Below are positions 63,589 through 64,000 of a stretch of DNA of 64,000 bases, one piece after another. The position numbers were made by a program, and so were the translations under genes. The stretch comes from a virus, in the IMG/VR virus record IMGVR_UViG_3300010384_000005; one strand, 5' to 3'. The notes under the pieces were generated by a model. That model was not told where the DNA came from. It saw nothing but the letters and a program-made list of their open reading frames with translations, and searched no databases. Position 1 is the first letter of the stretch, and the number at the start of each line of letters is the position of its first letter.

Positions 63589-63917
63589 CAGCGTTCCTCC
63601 CGCATCATCTCACGGCGCGCGTCGGCGGCATCTTCAACAGCCGCCTGATACTGTTCCGCCGCTTCTGACAGAAGCCAGGACTTGAAACCGTCCGCGCTTG
63701 TGAAGCGGTCGCCAATCGACCATGGCAGCTGCAACTCATCCTTGCCGTCAAAGAAGCGAATGGAATCGATATCAGCCGTCGGCTCTTCCGGTGGGTCGAT
63801 CTCGGTAGCTTTGCGTCCAGGATGCACCGTGAAATTCACGACCATCGTCAACTCGATCTCTGTCCCGCAGTCCCAGCCGCTGATGCAGACAATTTGTTCG
63901 GTGCGATACTTAGACAT
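63588..63917 (-). CDS. Hypothetical phage protein
   Basis: Start moved to MSKYR (GAGGTG RBS). V.F...PG..AT..DP.E motif. Confidence 0.7.
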   Translation of the reverse strand: MSKYRTEQIVCISGWDCGTEIELTMVVNFTVHPGRKATEIDPPEEPTADIDSIRFFDGKDELQLPWSIGDRFTSADGFKSWLLSEAAEQYQAAVEDAADARREMMREER

Positions 63918-63999
63918 GACGCACCTCAAACACACTGGTGACATCAGCCGTCCCGCACCGTCTGGCCTTGGCCCGAGCCCGTTCTCGCATGTCGTGGTG
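63910..63999 (-). CDS. 3' end of a hypothetical gene entering from the right edge
   Basis: Frame HHDMRERARAKARRCGTADVTSVFEVRHV* overlaps the start of the next gene. Confidence 0.4.
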   Translation of the reverse strand, partial: HHDMRERARAKARRCGTADVTSVFEVRHV

Positions 64000-64000
64000 C

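Larger units (their letters stand above)
1..64000. mobile_element. Temperate myovirus-type phage genome (near complete, alphaproteobacterial host)
   Basis: Complete set of immunity, replication, packaging, head, contractile tail, baseplate, lysis and integration modules. Phage-type genes run to both edges with no host housekeeping genes. Confidence 0.93.

Noticed and set aside
63910-64000. Direct circular join of base 64000 to base 1
   Set aside because: The plausible reading frame at the right edge starts at 63999, out of phase with the ORF leaving at base 1, so some sequence is missing between the ends.

Overview
The window is almost the whole genome of a temperate, contractile-tailed (myovirus-type) phage of an alphaproteobacterium, most likely Rhizobium/Agrobacterium-like. 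The host guess rests on a GcrA homolog, a CCUCCUCCC cuckoo-type hairpin and the gene style. No host genes are visible. Both edges lie inside one leftward early operon and the integrase sits next to an apparently intact attP, so this looks like a free or excised, circularly opened genome. Order: immunity region (XRE, Arc, CI, Cro; 0.2-2.6 kb); rightward early and replication genes (GcrA, RuvC-like, MTase, DnaB, HNHs; 2.6-13.5 kb); an ~800-nt non-coding structured region with an embedded tRNA-Gly; terminase, portal and head (DUF1073/MuF/Nudix-DUF2213/DUF2184); neck, tail and baseplate (DUF4054, DUF3383, tape measure, Gp138, J, DUF2612); fibres; acyltransferase and sialidase-like genes; lysis; attP-int-xis; and leftward early genes (PAPS-reductase family, RecE/RecT). 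Two elements stand out. (1) A cassette inside the baseplate operon (36.3-38.5 kb) carries a stand-alone Cas7/RAMP-like gene and a partner gene. They are followed by a non-coding array of 26 G-N-Y+NN pentamers in three GGCA-delimited units and a terminator, which suggests an RNA-guided system with a gapped dinucleotide code. This resembles the VIPR systems as I recall them from recent preprints, here with many GTY instead of GGY triplets. (2) A GOLLD-like, pseudoknot-rich large RNA candidate (13.46-14.27 kb) has an atypical tRNA-Gly(UCC) in its middle. All family names come from motif recognition by eye; no searches were run.
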